Source: Octopus bimaculoides
Lineage: Eukaryota
DNA length: 64,000 bases
Direction: 5' to 3'
Assembly: GCF_001194135.2 (NCBI RefSeq)
Contig: NC_068986.1
Location: 115,038,485-115,102,484 of the forward strand
In this document: piece after piece, positions 14,186 through 24,081 of the stretch
Position numbering within the stretch: the first letter of the stretch is position 1
Layout of the letters: each line of letters starts with the position of its first letter
Notes under the pieces: generated by a model
Seen by the model: only the letters and a program-made list of their open reading frames with translations
The model's database searches: none
Told to the model about the DNA's origin: nothing
Position numbers and translations under genes: made by a program

Positions 14186-17100
14186 TGATTGTGTGTATGT
14201 TTGTGTCTCCTTATTTTGACATGATTGTTGAAAATAAAAAGTCATTCATTTCTGATATTTTGCAGAAACATGTTGTTTGGCCATGGCAAAATATTACCTG
14301 GTTGTTTGGAAACAGGTAAGACACTCTGCCTCAATAGACTCTATCTGGCCAAGGTGAGCATGGAGAAGAGGACATTAAAAACGATGATGATGATAATATA
14401 GCACTGGAGGGAAATAATATATAAAGTTTATGTATTTAGCCCCGGGTTGAAGAAGGAAGAAGCTGCAACCTTCAACTCTAGACTTTGATAGATATACATC
14501 AACAGCCTTTCCTGTTTATATAACAAAAGAAAATTGACAGAGAAAGAGAGTGCTTTATCACCTTTTTATGATCCAACAGTGTGAGGGAGTTAATTCCAGA
14601 AAGGACAATATTCTTAGCAACCTCAGCTCCAAGACCTGACAATCCAACCAGAAGGACTTTTGCTGCTCGCAACCTAAAAATAGAAAATGGCATCAGAACA
14701 TCTGCAAGATGCACAAGTCAATGAGATCCTCTAGGTGATTTCTTAACCTGTTCAAAATCTTCATATTCTATCATCTTAAATTGGAGACATTGGATGGCGT
14801 TAGGAAGGGCATCCAGCTGTAGAAACTCTGCCAAATCAGATTGGAGCCTGGTATAACCATCTGGTTTCACCAGTCCTCAGTCAAATCGTCCAACCCATGC
14901 TAGCATGGAAAGCGGACGTTAAACGACGATGATGATGATGATGATGGATGGTGTTATCCAAGGTACACTAAGCTCGAAAACAAACCTGGATGATCAGCGA
15001 TAAACTGCTTTTAATAAGGGCTCCACAACATGATGTTAATGCTCAATGTGACAAGGAAGATAAAGACATTTTGGATTCCCATTCTTCCTTGTCACTCATA
15101 TCTCTGTCTTACAGGGATGGTTGTGGATTTAAGGAGCTCCTTTGGTAATGGTCATTTACTACATCCTCAAGCTGACCAAAGCCTTGAGAGTTAAACTTGA
15201 TACACACAAAATGCATGGAAGACTTGTTCCTTGTCTTGGGTGGTAGACTTAATCTGATGGCCAAAGAAAAGGATCAAAGTTGAGACCAAAAGAGTTTTGA
15301 TTGCAGCACCAGACTAAAGCCTTACCAAATTCTGTAGCCTCAAACAAGTGGTCTTATTCAAGATGAGAAGCTGTGAGTAAGTAACAAATCAGCTATGAGT
15401 TGTCAGTTAAATATTGGGTACTTAAACGGTAATGACATTTTTGATAAATAGCAAAAGATGGAAGAACTATCAACTGAAGACCATTGACCATATATAGTAA
15501 AGTTCACAGAGATGTCATCATCGTTTAACGTCTGCTTTCCATGCTAGCATGGGTTGGACGATATGACTGAGGACTGGCAAACCAGATGGCTGCACCAGGC
15601 TCATATCTGATCTGGCAGAGTTTCTACAGCTGGATGCCCTTCCTAACGCCAACCACTCTGAGAGTGTAATGGGTGCTTTTATGTGCCACCGGCACAAGGG
15701 CCAGTCAGGCGGTACTGGCAACAACCACACTCAAGGTCCGTCATCAGAAAGGGAAAGACGATAGCACTGAAAATATAGGCACTATCATGCTATTAGCTGT
15801 CAGAAGTGAAAGTGCTCACTGCTAGTGAAGTATCTGTCTGTCTGCCTGTCTGTTGCTGGCCTGTCGATTCTTTGGCTACTGACAGCTAATACCATGACTG
15901 GCCGAAGCGAGCTATTTGTCTGTCTGTCTCTCTCTCTATCTATCTATCTATTATTCGAAAGTTCGCGCGTCCGAGCTAGCTAGTCGTGAGTAGAAAACAC
16001 AAATTTAATATAAAAACATATTTCCTGAAATTGCAAATTATTTAAAATATAAAAATATAATTTTCAACAGAGAGAATTTATCAAAATAGAAAACAAATGA
16101 GGTTTGAAGTTTAAAAATAATAGGATCGACCACTCACGACTAGCTAGCGCGGACGCGCGAACTTTCGAGTAATAGATAGATAGATAGAGAGAGAGACAGA
16201 CAGACAGACATATAGCTCGCTCCGGCCAGTCATGGTATTAGCTGTCAGTAGCCAAAGAATCGACAGGCCAGCAACAGGCAGGCAGACAGACAGACAGATA
16301 CTTCACTAGCAGTGAGCACTTTCACTTCTGACAGCTAATAGCATGATAGTGCCAAAATATAAGTACTGTTACCCCAAAAGTATATAAACTTATTTGAATT
16401 TGAAAAATGGGAACAATTTTTGCTGATGCAAATCATGATTGTCTTCCTTAGAGTTTAGTTGTTATTTGCCATTGACTATATGGCTAGTAAGTTAGTATAA
16501 ATTAACAGATATAATTAGAAGTGGATCTAGAGAAAATATAATAGTTAAGATGAGAATATAGAGAAAGACAAAAGGCGGTGAGCTGGCAGAGTGGTTAGCA
16601 CGCCGGGCGAAATGCTTATTTCGTCTGTCTTTACGTTCTGAGTTGAAATTCCGCCGAGGTCGACTTTGCCTTTCATCCTTTCGGGGTGGATAAATTAAGT
16701 ACCAGTTGCGTACGGAGGTCGATCTAATCGACTGGCCCCCTCCCGCAAAATTTCGGATCTTGTGCCTGGAGTAGAAAAGAATATAGTGGGAGACAAAAAA
16801 GTCTTCCTACAGCGAAAATGTCGCAATGAGATATAAGCGTTGAAACCAAATTAGTCACTAAAAAGTAACCCTTTTGATTTCCACTGACTATCGCTTTATG
16901 TGTTTTCAGTCAGTATAAAAAAGAAAATATGTGACTAGTCTAATTATAAATAGAAGGGTCGAAATCAGAGGTACTATAAACTGAAGAGACAACAGAAATT
17001 CATCGTGACCGCCAAACGGAATAAGTTTGACAAAGTGGTACATTAAACTCAAAGATTGCCTATGGCAGTTGTATGCTCACAGTGCTAATTCATGTACTTG

Positions 17101-17996
17101 GATAATTAATAACCACGTCTCGCTCACGTTCGTTAAGTAAAGTGATCACAAAATACTTGGACGATCCGACTGAAGTAATGGGAATGTCGCACTAGCTGCG
17201 AGAAGACCGGAAATCTAAAAACTGAAATCCCCATTCTGAGATGTTACAGTACATAAGATTTTCGTTTCGGTACTCAATTCCGGTTTTTGGCTTAAGCAGC
17301 AACACACACTGCTTCTAATTCATAAAAGAACTCATTGATTGATGGTTAAACGTGATATGTACTAATAATCGAATGAGAATAAAGTATAGACTGATATGAA
17401 AAATTAGAACCAAACCGGAACGAAAACAAATAAAATTGTAGGAAATTATAAATATTGGAACGAACGCAAAAACGGAAAGAGATGAACGAAAATGTAACAG
17501 ATTAAAAAAAAAGGTTGTTTGATCTACACATTTTAGTCGATCGATTCCTCACCAATTCGTTGTATATCTCTTAGTTCTATAACCATTTGTATTGTTAGCA
17601 GGTGCGTGAGTTAGAGAGAGATATATTATTAATAGCAGTTACTAGATTTAAAGACCACCTCGCAAGAAATTTATACATACATATCAGACTTTATATACAA
17701 AATAAGGAATGAAAAGAGACGTGTCTGTAGCGGAGATGTTGATGATAAGAGAGTAAAGGCGTGAATGGGAAGCCGGGTTGTGGAGAAAGAAAGACTTGCG
17801 AGATGGACATGTGGTTGACGGGAGTGAGAGGTTTTCAAAGTAATCAAGGAGAAAAGGTTTCCATGGCTGCTGTGTTAGGTGTTGCTTAATCATTGAGGTG
17901 CAGGTTTGTTTACCTTTTCTGTGCTTCCAGACCCCACAGACGGATTTGTCTGTCGTACAAAGCAGCTTCGTCTTCGCTCAGTCTCTCTTCCACCAT
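1341..17996 (-). CDS. SAE1: SUMO-activating enzyme subunit 1 (AOS1 homolog), complete 9-exon gene, 340 aa
   Basis: Exons rebuilt by hand: 17996-17914, 14673-14562, 13418-13359, 11643-11387, 10260-10158, 7773-7668, 6609-6465, 4322-4253, 1427-1341. Total 1023 nt, all GT-AG with matching phases, ATG to TAA with no internal stop. Motifs YDRQIRLWG, VLLVGLSGLGAEVAKNIVLSG and AVSQKDKPHNNFFFFDG are recognisable SAE1/Aos1 sequence. Confidence 0.97.
4253..4322 (-). CDS. SAE1: SAE1 exon 8 (HCFAELCPVSAIVGGVLSQEIIK)
   Basis: gtcttttag| acceptor, |gtaagt donor, 70 nt; conserved PV.A.VGG.L.QEI.K motif. Confidence 0.95.
4611..5050 (+). mobile_element. tRNA-derived SINE, family B (near full length)
   Basis: tRNA-like head with B box ggttcagtccc, a ccttgggcaagtg-type core, an internal (TG/TA)n tract and a gaaacaagtaaaagag tail. 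Further copies near 781-1170(+), 2990-3355(-), 21284-21478(+), 21815-22020(-), 38603-38752(-), 39165-39300(-), 52630-52775(-), 59495-59700(-) and 61555-61732(+). Confidence 0.85.
6465..6609 (-). CDS. SAE1: SAE1 exon 7 (VMLKFLERHGRHPSVKSKTSDMEELMKLRTEVLESLSVKQEVLTDYFVS)
   Basis: tactttcag| acceptor, |gtaatt donor, 145 nt, phase 1-2. Confidence 0.92.
6640..6985 (+). mobile_element. R4/Dong-like non-LTR retrotransposon fragment (restriction-like endonuclease domain)
   Basis: WDMPIHTDKEIKANRPDLVV..FLIDVSIP.D.N...KE.EK..KYKDL.IE..RMW..QKIALL.TAHIL is the PD-(D/E)xK RLE domain. Preceded by (TAA)n. Confidence 0.88.
7668..7773 (-). CDS. SAE1: SAE1 exon 6 (SSEFVRFESALKFDWSTEENQKRLKRTAKVYFIMQ)
   Basis: ttctgttgcag| acceptor, |gtaata donor, 106 nt. 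Confidence 0.93.
9600..10090. repeat. Degenerate purine-rich tandem repeat (~27-30-bp unit, gacattaacatagaggtggtgggaggaga-like)
   Basis: Recurrent gacatt/gtggtgggagg blocks in SAE1 intron 5. Confidence 0.7.
10158..10260 (-). CDS. SAE1: SAE1 exon 5 (EIPKPKPKETEESENGEPKEKRAKIAMETVVVKN)
   Basis: gtctttcag| acceptor, |gtaggt donor, 103 nt, phases fit; charged linker with a KRAK NLS-like motif. Not in the correct frame in the ORF track. Confidence 0.88.
10674..10829. mobile_element. hAT (Charlie-like) MITE
   Basis: CAGTGGTTCCCAACC...GGGAATCACAG termini; flanking 8-mers atgtatta and gtgtagta match 6/8 (degenerate TSD). Confidence 0.65.
10915..11135. mobile_element. piggyBac-like MITE with TTAA target duplication
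   Basis: TTAA|CCCTTTCGATACC...GGTAACAAAAGGG|TTAA. A second right-end fragment lies at about 10850-10887. Confidence 0.8.
11387..11643 (-). CDS. SAE1: SAE1 exon 4 (RAEASQEATQKLNPLV...FGFMFSDLGSHEFA-E)
   Basis: ttgttgcag| acceptor, |gtaagt donor, 257 nt; C-terminal part of ORF 11383..12108. Confidence 0.96.
13359..13418 (-). CDS. SAE1: SAE1 exon 3 (VTEEDRCNQFLVSRDDVGRN)
   Basis: ttacag| acceptor, |gtaagt donor, 60 nt, phase 0-0; matches the E1 QFL...VGRNRA motif. Confidence 0.93.
13626..13979 (-). mobile_element. pogo/Tigger-type transposase C-terminal remnant
   Basis: VSLNKPFR..VREQWNEW...V.KA.D.V..E.V.KSFKK..I.N.MDGTEDDILY matches pogo DDE_1 C-termini. Truncated by a SINE tail at about 13977. 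Confidence 0.78.
14562..14673 (-). CDS. SAE1: SAE1 exon 2 (LRAAKVLLVGLSGLGAEVAKNIVLSGINSLTLLDHKK)
   Basis: tttttag| acceptor, |gtgata donor, 112 nt; GxGxxG-type nucleotide-binding loop of the ThiF/E1 fold. Confidence 0.96.
15778..16353. mobile_element. Foldback/MITE element with about 215-bp terminal inverted repeats and an 8-bp TSD
   Basis: Arms 15778-15991 and 16132-16353 are near-perfect reverse complements around a 140-bp AT-rich spacer. AAAATATA is duplicated exactly at 15770-15777 and 16354-16361. Confidence 0.92.
16572..16782 (+). mobile_element. tRNA-derived SINE, family C (Deu/Nin-like central domain)
   Basis: Head ggcggtgagctggcaga...gagtt(c/g)aaattcc plus gcctttcatcctttcggggt.gataaattaagtaccag, which from recall resembles the Deu/Nin SINE domain. 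About 20 copies, e.g. 7940-8125(-), 9260-9490(+), 19405-19645(-), 20460-20675(+), 39805-40030(-), 42990-43800(+), 44660-44860(-), 53310-54490 and 58600-59028(+). Confidence 0.85.
17914..17996 (-). CDS. SAE1: SAE1 exon 1 (MVEERLSEDEAALYDRQIRLWGLEAQK-R)
   Basis: aaaaATGG start context; donor AG|gtaaac, phase 2. Not in the ORF track. Confidence 0.95.
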
Positions 17997-18024
17997 TTTT
18001 CAAGCTATGTCAATGAAGTTTCTC

Positions 18025-18045
18025 ATTGGTCGAAATCTGACCAAT
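18025..18045. promoter_or_regulatory. Inverted pair of CCAAT boxes just upstream of the SAE1 ATG
   Basis: ATTGGTC-gaaatct-GACCAAT, 29-49 nt upstream of the ATG. The flanking region is relatively CpG-rich. Confidence 0.5.
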
Positions 18046-19952
18046 CAGAGAGTAACGTTGTAGTTTAGCTTTCTGCTGAAACTGAGACTCTTTTGTCAAC
18101 AACACATTGTTTATTGTTGATAAAGTTTCAGGTCGTCTCCCATTGAACAAATCTATGATCAGAGGCATTCCAGCTGTGACCATCCTGCCTCTCTTGGACT
18201 ATATTGGCTAAGTTGTGATTTGAAGTAAATTTGGCTGCTATTTCTAATCACTTCAACAACCACATAGAGGTTCCCCTCTTGTTAATCTTTCCAGACTGAT
18301 AAAACGCTTATGTAAAATAATGAGTTAAAAATATCAGTCGACTAAGATTATCCACGTAATTAAATGACAAAAACTTCCTTTAGAATGCTGAAAACGCACT
18401 CACCAACTTTGATAATGTCAGCTCGTGCGAAATTTTGGGAAAATAAATAAGATGCTGACAGGAGTTCTCTCCCTTAGAGATCTGTGTTAACACTCATTCT
18501 TAAAACCTGCATTCAACCGCAGCCAACAGTGGTTTTAGGTTCAGTCCCATTGTATGGCATTTGGGGCCAATATATCATCTACTATAACTTAAGGCCGGCT
18601 AAAGCCTTGTGAGCGAATTTGGTAGATAGAAATTTAAATTGTGTAAACACACACATTCATGTGTGTGTGTATTGCATATCCTTACTGCCAAATCTATTGT
18701 TGTTGGCACTCCGTCGGTTACGACGTCGAGGGTTCCAGTTGATCCGATCAACGGAACAGCCTGCTCGTGAAATTAACGTGCAAGTGGCTGAGCACTCCAC
18801 AGACACGTGTACCCTTAACGTAGTTCTCAGGGATATTCAGCGTGACACAGTGTGACAAGGCTGACCGCGAGTCCACTGCCCTAACCACTGGGCCATTGCG
18901 CCTCCACTTCCAAATCTAACATTAAATAAAAGACACGAGTAGTAATTATTATTACGCAGTACACGTTTATTTTGGACTTTCAAAACCTNNNNNNNNNNNN
19001 NNNNNNNNNNNNNNNNNNNNNNNNNNNNNNNNNNNNNNNNNNNNNNNNNNNNNNNNNNNNNNNNNNNNNNNNNNNNNNNNNNNNNNNNNNNNNNNNNNNN
19101 NNNNNNNNNNNNNNNNNNNNNNNNNNNNNNNNNNNNNNNNNNNNNNNNNNNNNNNNNNNNNNNNNNNNNNNNNNNNNNNNNNNNNNNNNNNNNNNNNNNN
19201 NNNNNNNNNNNNNNNNNNNNNNNNNNNNNNNNNNNNNNNNNNNNNNNNNNNNNNNNNNNNNNNNNNNNNNNNNNNNNNNNNNNNNNNNNNNNNNNNNNNN
19301 NNNNNNNNNNNNNNNNNNNNNNNNNNNNNNNNNNNNTATATATATATATATATGTATATATATATTGAAAAATATCATGAATAAAATCACAATTTTTCTT
19401 GACCTGCTTAATCTTATTTCTTTACTGCCCACAAAGGGATACACACAGAGGGGACAAACAAGGACAGACAAACGGAATAAGTCGATTATATCGACCCCAG
19501 TGCGTAACTAGTACTTATTTAATCGACCCCGAAAGGATGAAAGGCAAAGTCGACCTCGGCGGAATTAGAACTCAGAACGTAGCGGCAGGCGAAATACCGC
19601 TAAGCATTTCGCCCGGCGTGCTAACGTTTCTGCCAGCTCACCTGCTTAATCTGTCTTCTAAGTAGGTTTATTTCAACATACCCCACCATCCCTTTATATA
19701 TGAACAAACAAGTAAGAATATAAGTGTGAAAAAGTTCTAAGTGCTGTTGGTTGTATTCATCGTGCTACCTGACTTGTACGAATCCTAAATGGGTCTAAAG
19801 AAAAGATCTTCTTGTCCTTGAGTCTGAGGAAACGGTCAAATGCTACTGTAGGGATGAGCTGACTCAAATTTACTATTTGCTCTCTTGAAACGTCCAACAA
19901 TATAAGCATTGGTGATATAGCTTTGATAATAATAATAATGATAATAATAATG

Positions 19953-20006
<54 letters not shown>

Positions 20007-20079
20007 TTGTCATAGGTGCCCTGGGAATGACAGCGAAACGGGCTGATTGCTACNNNNNNNNNNCAAAAGTCAAACATAA

Positions 20080-20188
<109 letters not shown>

Positions 20189-22227
20189 GGATGGTGTAGG
20201 GCGGCGAGCTGGCAGAATCATTAGCACACCGGGAAAAATACCGTTACGTTCTGAGTTCAAATTCTGCCGAGGTCGACTTTGCCTTATATCCTTTCGGGGT
20301 CGATTAAATAAGTACCAGTCACGCACTGGGGTCGATGTAATCGACTTAACCCCTTTGTCTGCCCTTGGATGGTGTTGAATTCTCTCTCTTTCTCTCCAGC
20401 ATTTTAATCGATCGAATATGGAATCGGTTAAATAAACTTAATTGATGCACTGCAGCATTTTAGGCGAGCTGGCAGAATCGTTAGCACGCCGGGCGAAATG
20501 CTTAGCGGTATTTCGTCTGGCGCTACGTTTTGAGTTCAAATTCCGCCGAGGTCGACTTTGCCTTTCATCCTTTCGGAGTCAATAAACTAAGTACCAGTTA
20601 CGCACTGGAGTCGATGTAATCGACTATCCCCCTCACTCCAAATTTCAGGCCTTGTTCCTAGAGTAGAAAGGATTTTAGGTTTGCTGTTTTATTTGATGTG
20701 GGGGCCACATGGCTTAGTGTGATGCACTCACGATCATAAGATTGTGGTTTCGATTTCTGGATCACGTGACGCGTTGTGTCCTTGAGCAAAACACTTCATT
20801 TCACATTAGNNNNNNNNNNNNNNNNNNNNNNNNNNNNNNNNNNNNNNNNNNNNNNNNNNNNNNNNNNNNNNNNNNNNNNNNNNNNNNNNNNNNNNNNNNN
20901 NNNNNNNNNNNNNNNNNNNNNNNNNNNNNNNNNNNNNNNNNNNNNNNNNNNNNNNNNNNNNNNNNNNNNNNNNNNNNNNNNNNNNNNNNNNNNNNNNNNN
21001 NNNNNNNNNNNNNNNNNNNNNNNNNNNNNNNNNNNNNNNNNNNNNNNNNNNNNNNNNNNNNNNNNNNNNNNNNNNNNNNNNNNNNNNNNNNNNNNNNNNN
21101 NNNNNNNNNNNNNNNNNNNNNNNNNNNNNNNNNNNNNNNNNNNNNNNNNNNNNNNNNNNNNNNNNNNNNNNNNNNNNNNNNNNNNNNNNNNNNNNNNNNN
21201 NNNNNNNNNNNNNNNNNNNNNNNNNNNNNNNNNNNNNNNNNNNNNNNNNNNNNNNNNNNNNNNNNNNNNNNNNNNNNNNNNNNGTATGTTTGTGTGTCTG
21301 TGTTTGTCCCCCCAACATCGCTGGTGTGTTTACGTCCTCGTAATCTAGCGGTTCGCAAAATAGACTGATAGAATAAGTACTAGGCTTACAAAGAATAAGT
21401 CCGGGGGTCAAATTGCTCGACTAAAGGTGGTGCTCCAGCATGGCCACAGTCAAATGACTGAAACAAGTAAAAGAGTAAATTCTTTTGTAGTTTTTCTATT
21501 TTACTGTGATTTTACACTGAATTTATACTGAATTCGTTCAGTGTTTGAAATTAGGATTTACAAATTGAACGCGTGCCAGAAATTGAATCAACGATCTATG
21601 TGGATTATTATGGCATTCACTGGACAATTCTTGTTGATAGTAAGGTTCACAGCTTTCGCCCTATTGCTATTAACATTAAATAATCTTAGTCTTTCCAACT
21701 TTGGTGACTGGGTTTCAGTGAGGAGATTTAGTTACATCGGAATATATCCGTTGTTTCTTACAAAGTTGACTTTAAAGACAAGACCCATTCTAATCAGCAT
21801 CATTAAAATTCCTATTACTTGTTTCAGTCATTAAGACTGCGGCCATGCTGGGGCACCGCTTTGAAGAATTTTCAGTCGAATGAATTGACCCTCAGGACTT
21901 ATTTTCTTGTAAAGCCTGGTACTTATTCTATCGGTCTCTACACCGAACAACTAAGTTACAGGAACGTAAACATACCAACACCGGTTGTCAATCGGTGGCG
22001 GAGCCAAACACACACACATACATGTATGTGTGTGTGTGTATATATATATATACATATACATATATAAAGGTTATGAAGGGTAATGGAGTTAACCAGACCA
22101 TAAAGATAGAGGTACTACCGAGTAAGTGCTGTATACCGACTAGTTTTGCCCCAGATGTGGTTATAACATGAATGGGGAATATAACACGAGTCGTGTATTA
22201 GCGTGTGTATATATAAAAAAAAAAGGT

Positions 22228-22608
22228 GGAGGCGCAATGGCCCCATGATTAGGGCAGCGGACTCGCGGTCATAGGATCGCGGTTTCGATTCCCAGACCGG
22301 GCGTTGTGAGTGTTTATTGAGCGAAAACACCTAAAGCTCCACGAGGCTCCGGCAGGGGATGGTGACGAACCCTGCTGTACTCTTCCACCACAACTTTCTC
22401 TCACTCTTACTTCCTGTTTCTGTTGTGCCTGTAATTCAAAGGGTCAGCCTTGTCACACTGTGTCACGCTGAATATCCCCGAGAACTACGTTAAGGGTACA
22501 CGTATCTGTGGAGTGCTCAGCCACTTGCACGTTAATTTCACGAGCAGGTTGTTCCATTGATAGGATCAACTGGAACCCTCGACGTCGTAAGCGACGGAGT
22601 GCCAACAA
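22228..22608 (+). mobile_element. tRNA-derived SINE, family D1 (full length)
   Basis: ggaggcgcaatggccc...gtttcgattcc head (A and B boxes) and a ...cgacggagtgccaacaa tail. Other copies at 44946-45315(-), 18697-18907(-, internally deleted) and 13977-14131(+, tail only). Confidence 0.85.
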
Positions 22609-23042
22609 ATTGTTAGGAAGATTCTAATGATTTCAAACTTTGGCACAAGGCCATCAATTTAAGAGAAAGGTATAAGTTGATATCATCGACTCCAGTGCTT
22701 GACCGGTATTATTTTATCGATTCCGAAGAGATGAAAGGCAAAGATTACACTTAAGCGGATAAGTGCACGCACACGCGCACATTTAACATCGAGTGAGTAA
22801 GCTGGAATAAAGAAAGGATATTTGCTCTATCGGAAAAGCTTTTAACAGCAACCAAATTTCGTTAAATTGATTGTTCTATATCAATGATATTTTAATGAAG
22901 GTAATTGCTTGATTGTGACATTTCTACCTTTATTTAGCATTTAAAAATTAATTTCACAAAATTTGGTTGGATTGAAAAAAAAATATTAGAAGGGAAATAA
23001 CTCTCTATATACTCTAAAAGTTTAAGTACAGTTTACATAAGA

Positions 23043-23347
23043 ACACTCCGTCGGTTACGACGACGAGGGTCCCAGCTGAACAGCTTGCTCGTGAAATTAA
23101 TGTGCAGGTGGCTGAGCACTCCACAGACACGTGTACCCTTAACATAGTTCTCGGGGATGTTTAGCGTGACATAAAGTGTGACAAGGCCGGTCCTTTGAAA
23201 TGCAGGTACTACTCATTTTTGCCAACTGAGTGGACTGGAGCAACGTGAAATAAAGTGTCTTGCTCAAGGACACAACGCGTCGCCGGGAATTGAACTCACG
23301 ACCTTACGATCGTAGGCCGGATGCCCGAACCACTAAGCCACGCGCCT
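23043..23347 (-). mobile_element. tRNA-derived SINE, family D2 (different head and core, same tail as D1)
   Basis: ggcgcgtggcttagtgg...gagttcaattcc head; tgtgtccttgagcaagacacttt...ctccagtccactcag core (Meta-like, from recall); D1-type tail. The same head and core with a different tail (D3) occur at 38105-38362(-) and 45330-45572(-). Confidence 0.8.
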
Positions 23348-23702
23348 TCACACAGTTTACATTGTGAGAACACATTCCTTCATCAGCCGTCGATTAGAGA
23401 TCGTTACGATTTCAGCACAATCCCAAAGCACTGTCCGGGTTCTTCTGGTTCATACTGTTGCACGCTTTTTGCTTCTATTACCAATGCAGTCATTACACAA
23501 AGTCGTCTGCGATTGTAACTACTCAAACTATTTTTTGTCTAACTATTCATTCCGTGATCCCAGCTTTGGTTTCTCTCTCATTAACTTCAGTCATATCCAC
23601 GATAAAGCAATTTATTCCTCTCCCTCTCCATTTCGCAAATCACCGCTCTATTGTCCACCACCCTTACAACTTCAATGCCGGTCAGGTAGGACCAATGTCT
23701 CA

Positions 23703-24081
23703 ATTGAACGGTTGGATTTAGCAACAAACTCCGCGTTTGGGAAACTTAAAAAACAAGTGTGGTCAAACAGAGTATTTGAAACTTTCCAATCAAGCTTTGC
23801 ATCTAAGATACCTGCGTTACCACATTCCTGTTATACTTGTCAGAGACATAGGTGCTATAATAAGGGCACGCTAGAATGCTTGAAAAATTCCGCCAGGCAT
23901 GTTTAAGGTTTAGATCAAGTATGAGTTGGAGATCTTTTGTTCTTGACACGTATGTGCTGGAAAGGTTCGGCTGTTTCAGAATGGGAATTCATCTTGTCAA
24001 GTACGAACCACGATAGAGGGGTCATCTCATCCGTCTTCACGTTTCGGAAGATTGAAATCATGAAGACTTTATGGTGAATTA
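23703..24081 (+). mobile_element. Old RTE (BovB-like) LINE RT C-terminal fragment with stops and frameshifts
   Basis: ERLDLATNSAFGKLKKQVWSNR, then after a frameshift LLYLSET*...LEKFRQACLR...SW...VLER...GHL.R...KTLYGEL, collinear with the RTE consensus. Confidence 0.75.

Noticed and set aside
22228-22305. tRNA-like sequences (here and in other SINE heads)
   Set aside because: They are fused to SINE bodies and lack a complete acceptor stem, so they are not called tRNA genes.
23365-23395. CTGATGA-AGGAATGTGTTCT on the minus strand as another hammerhead
   Set aside because: No GAAA core follows stem II; too degenerate to support.
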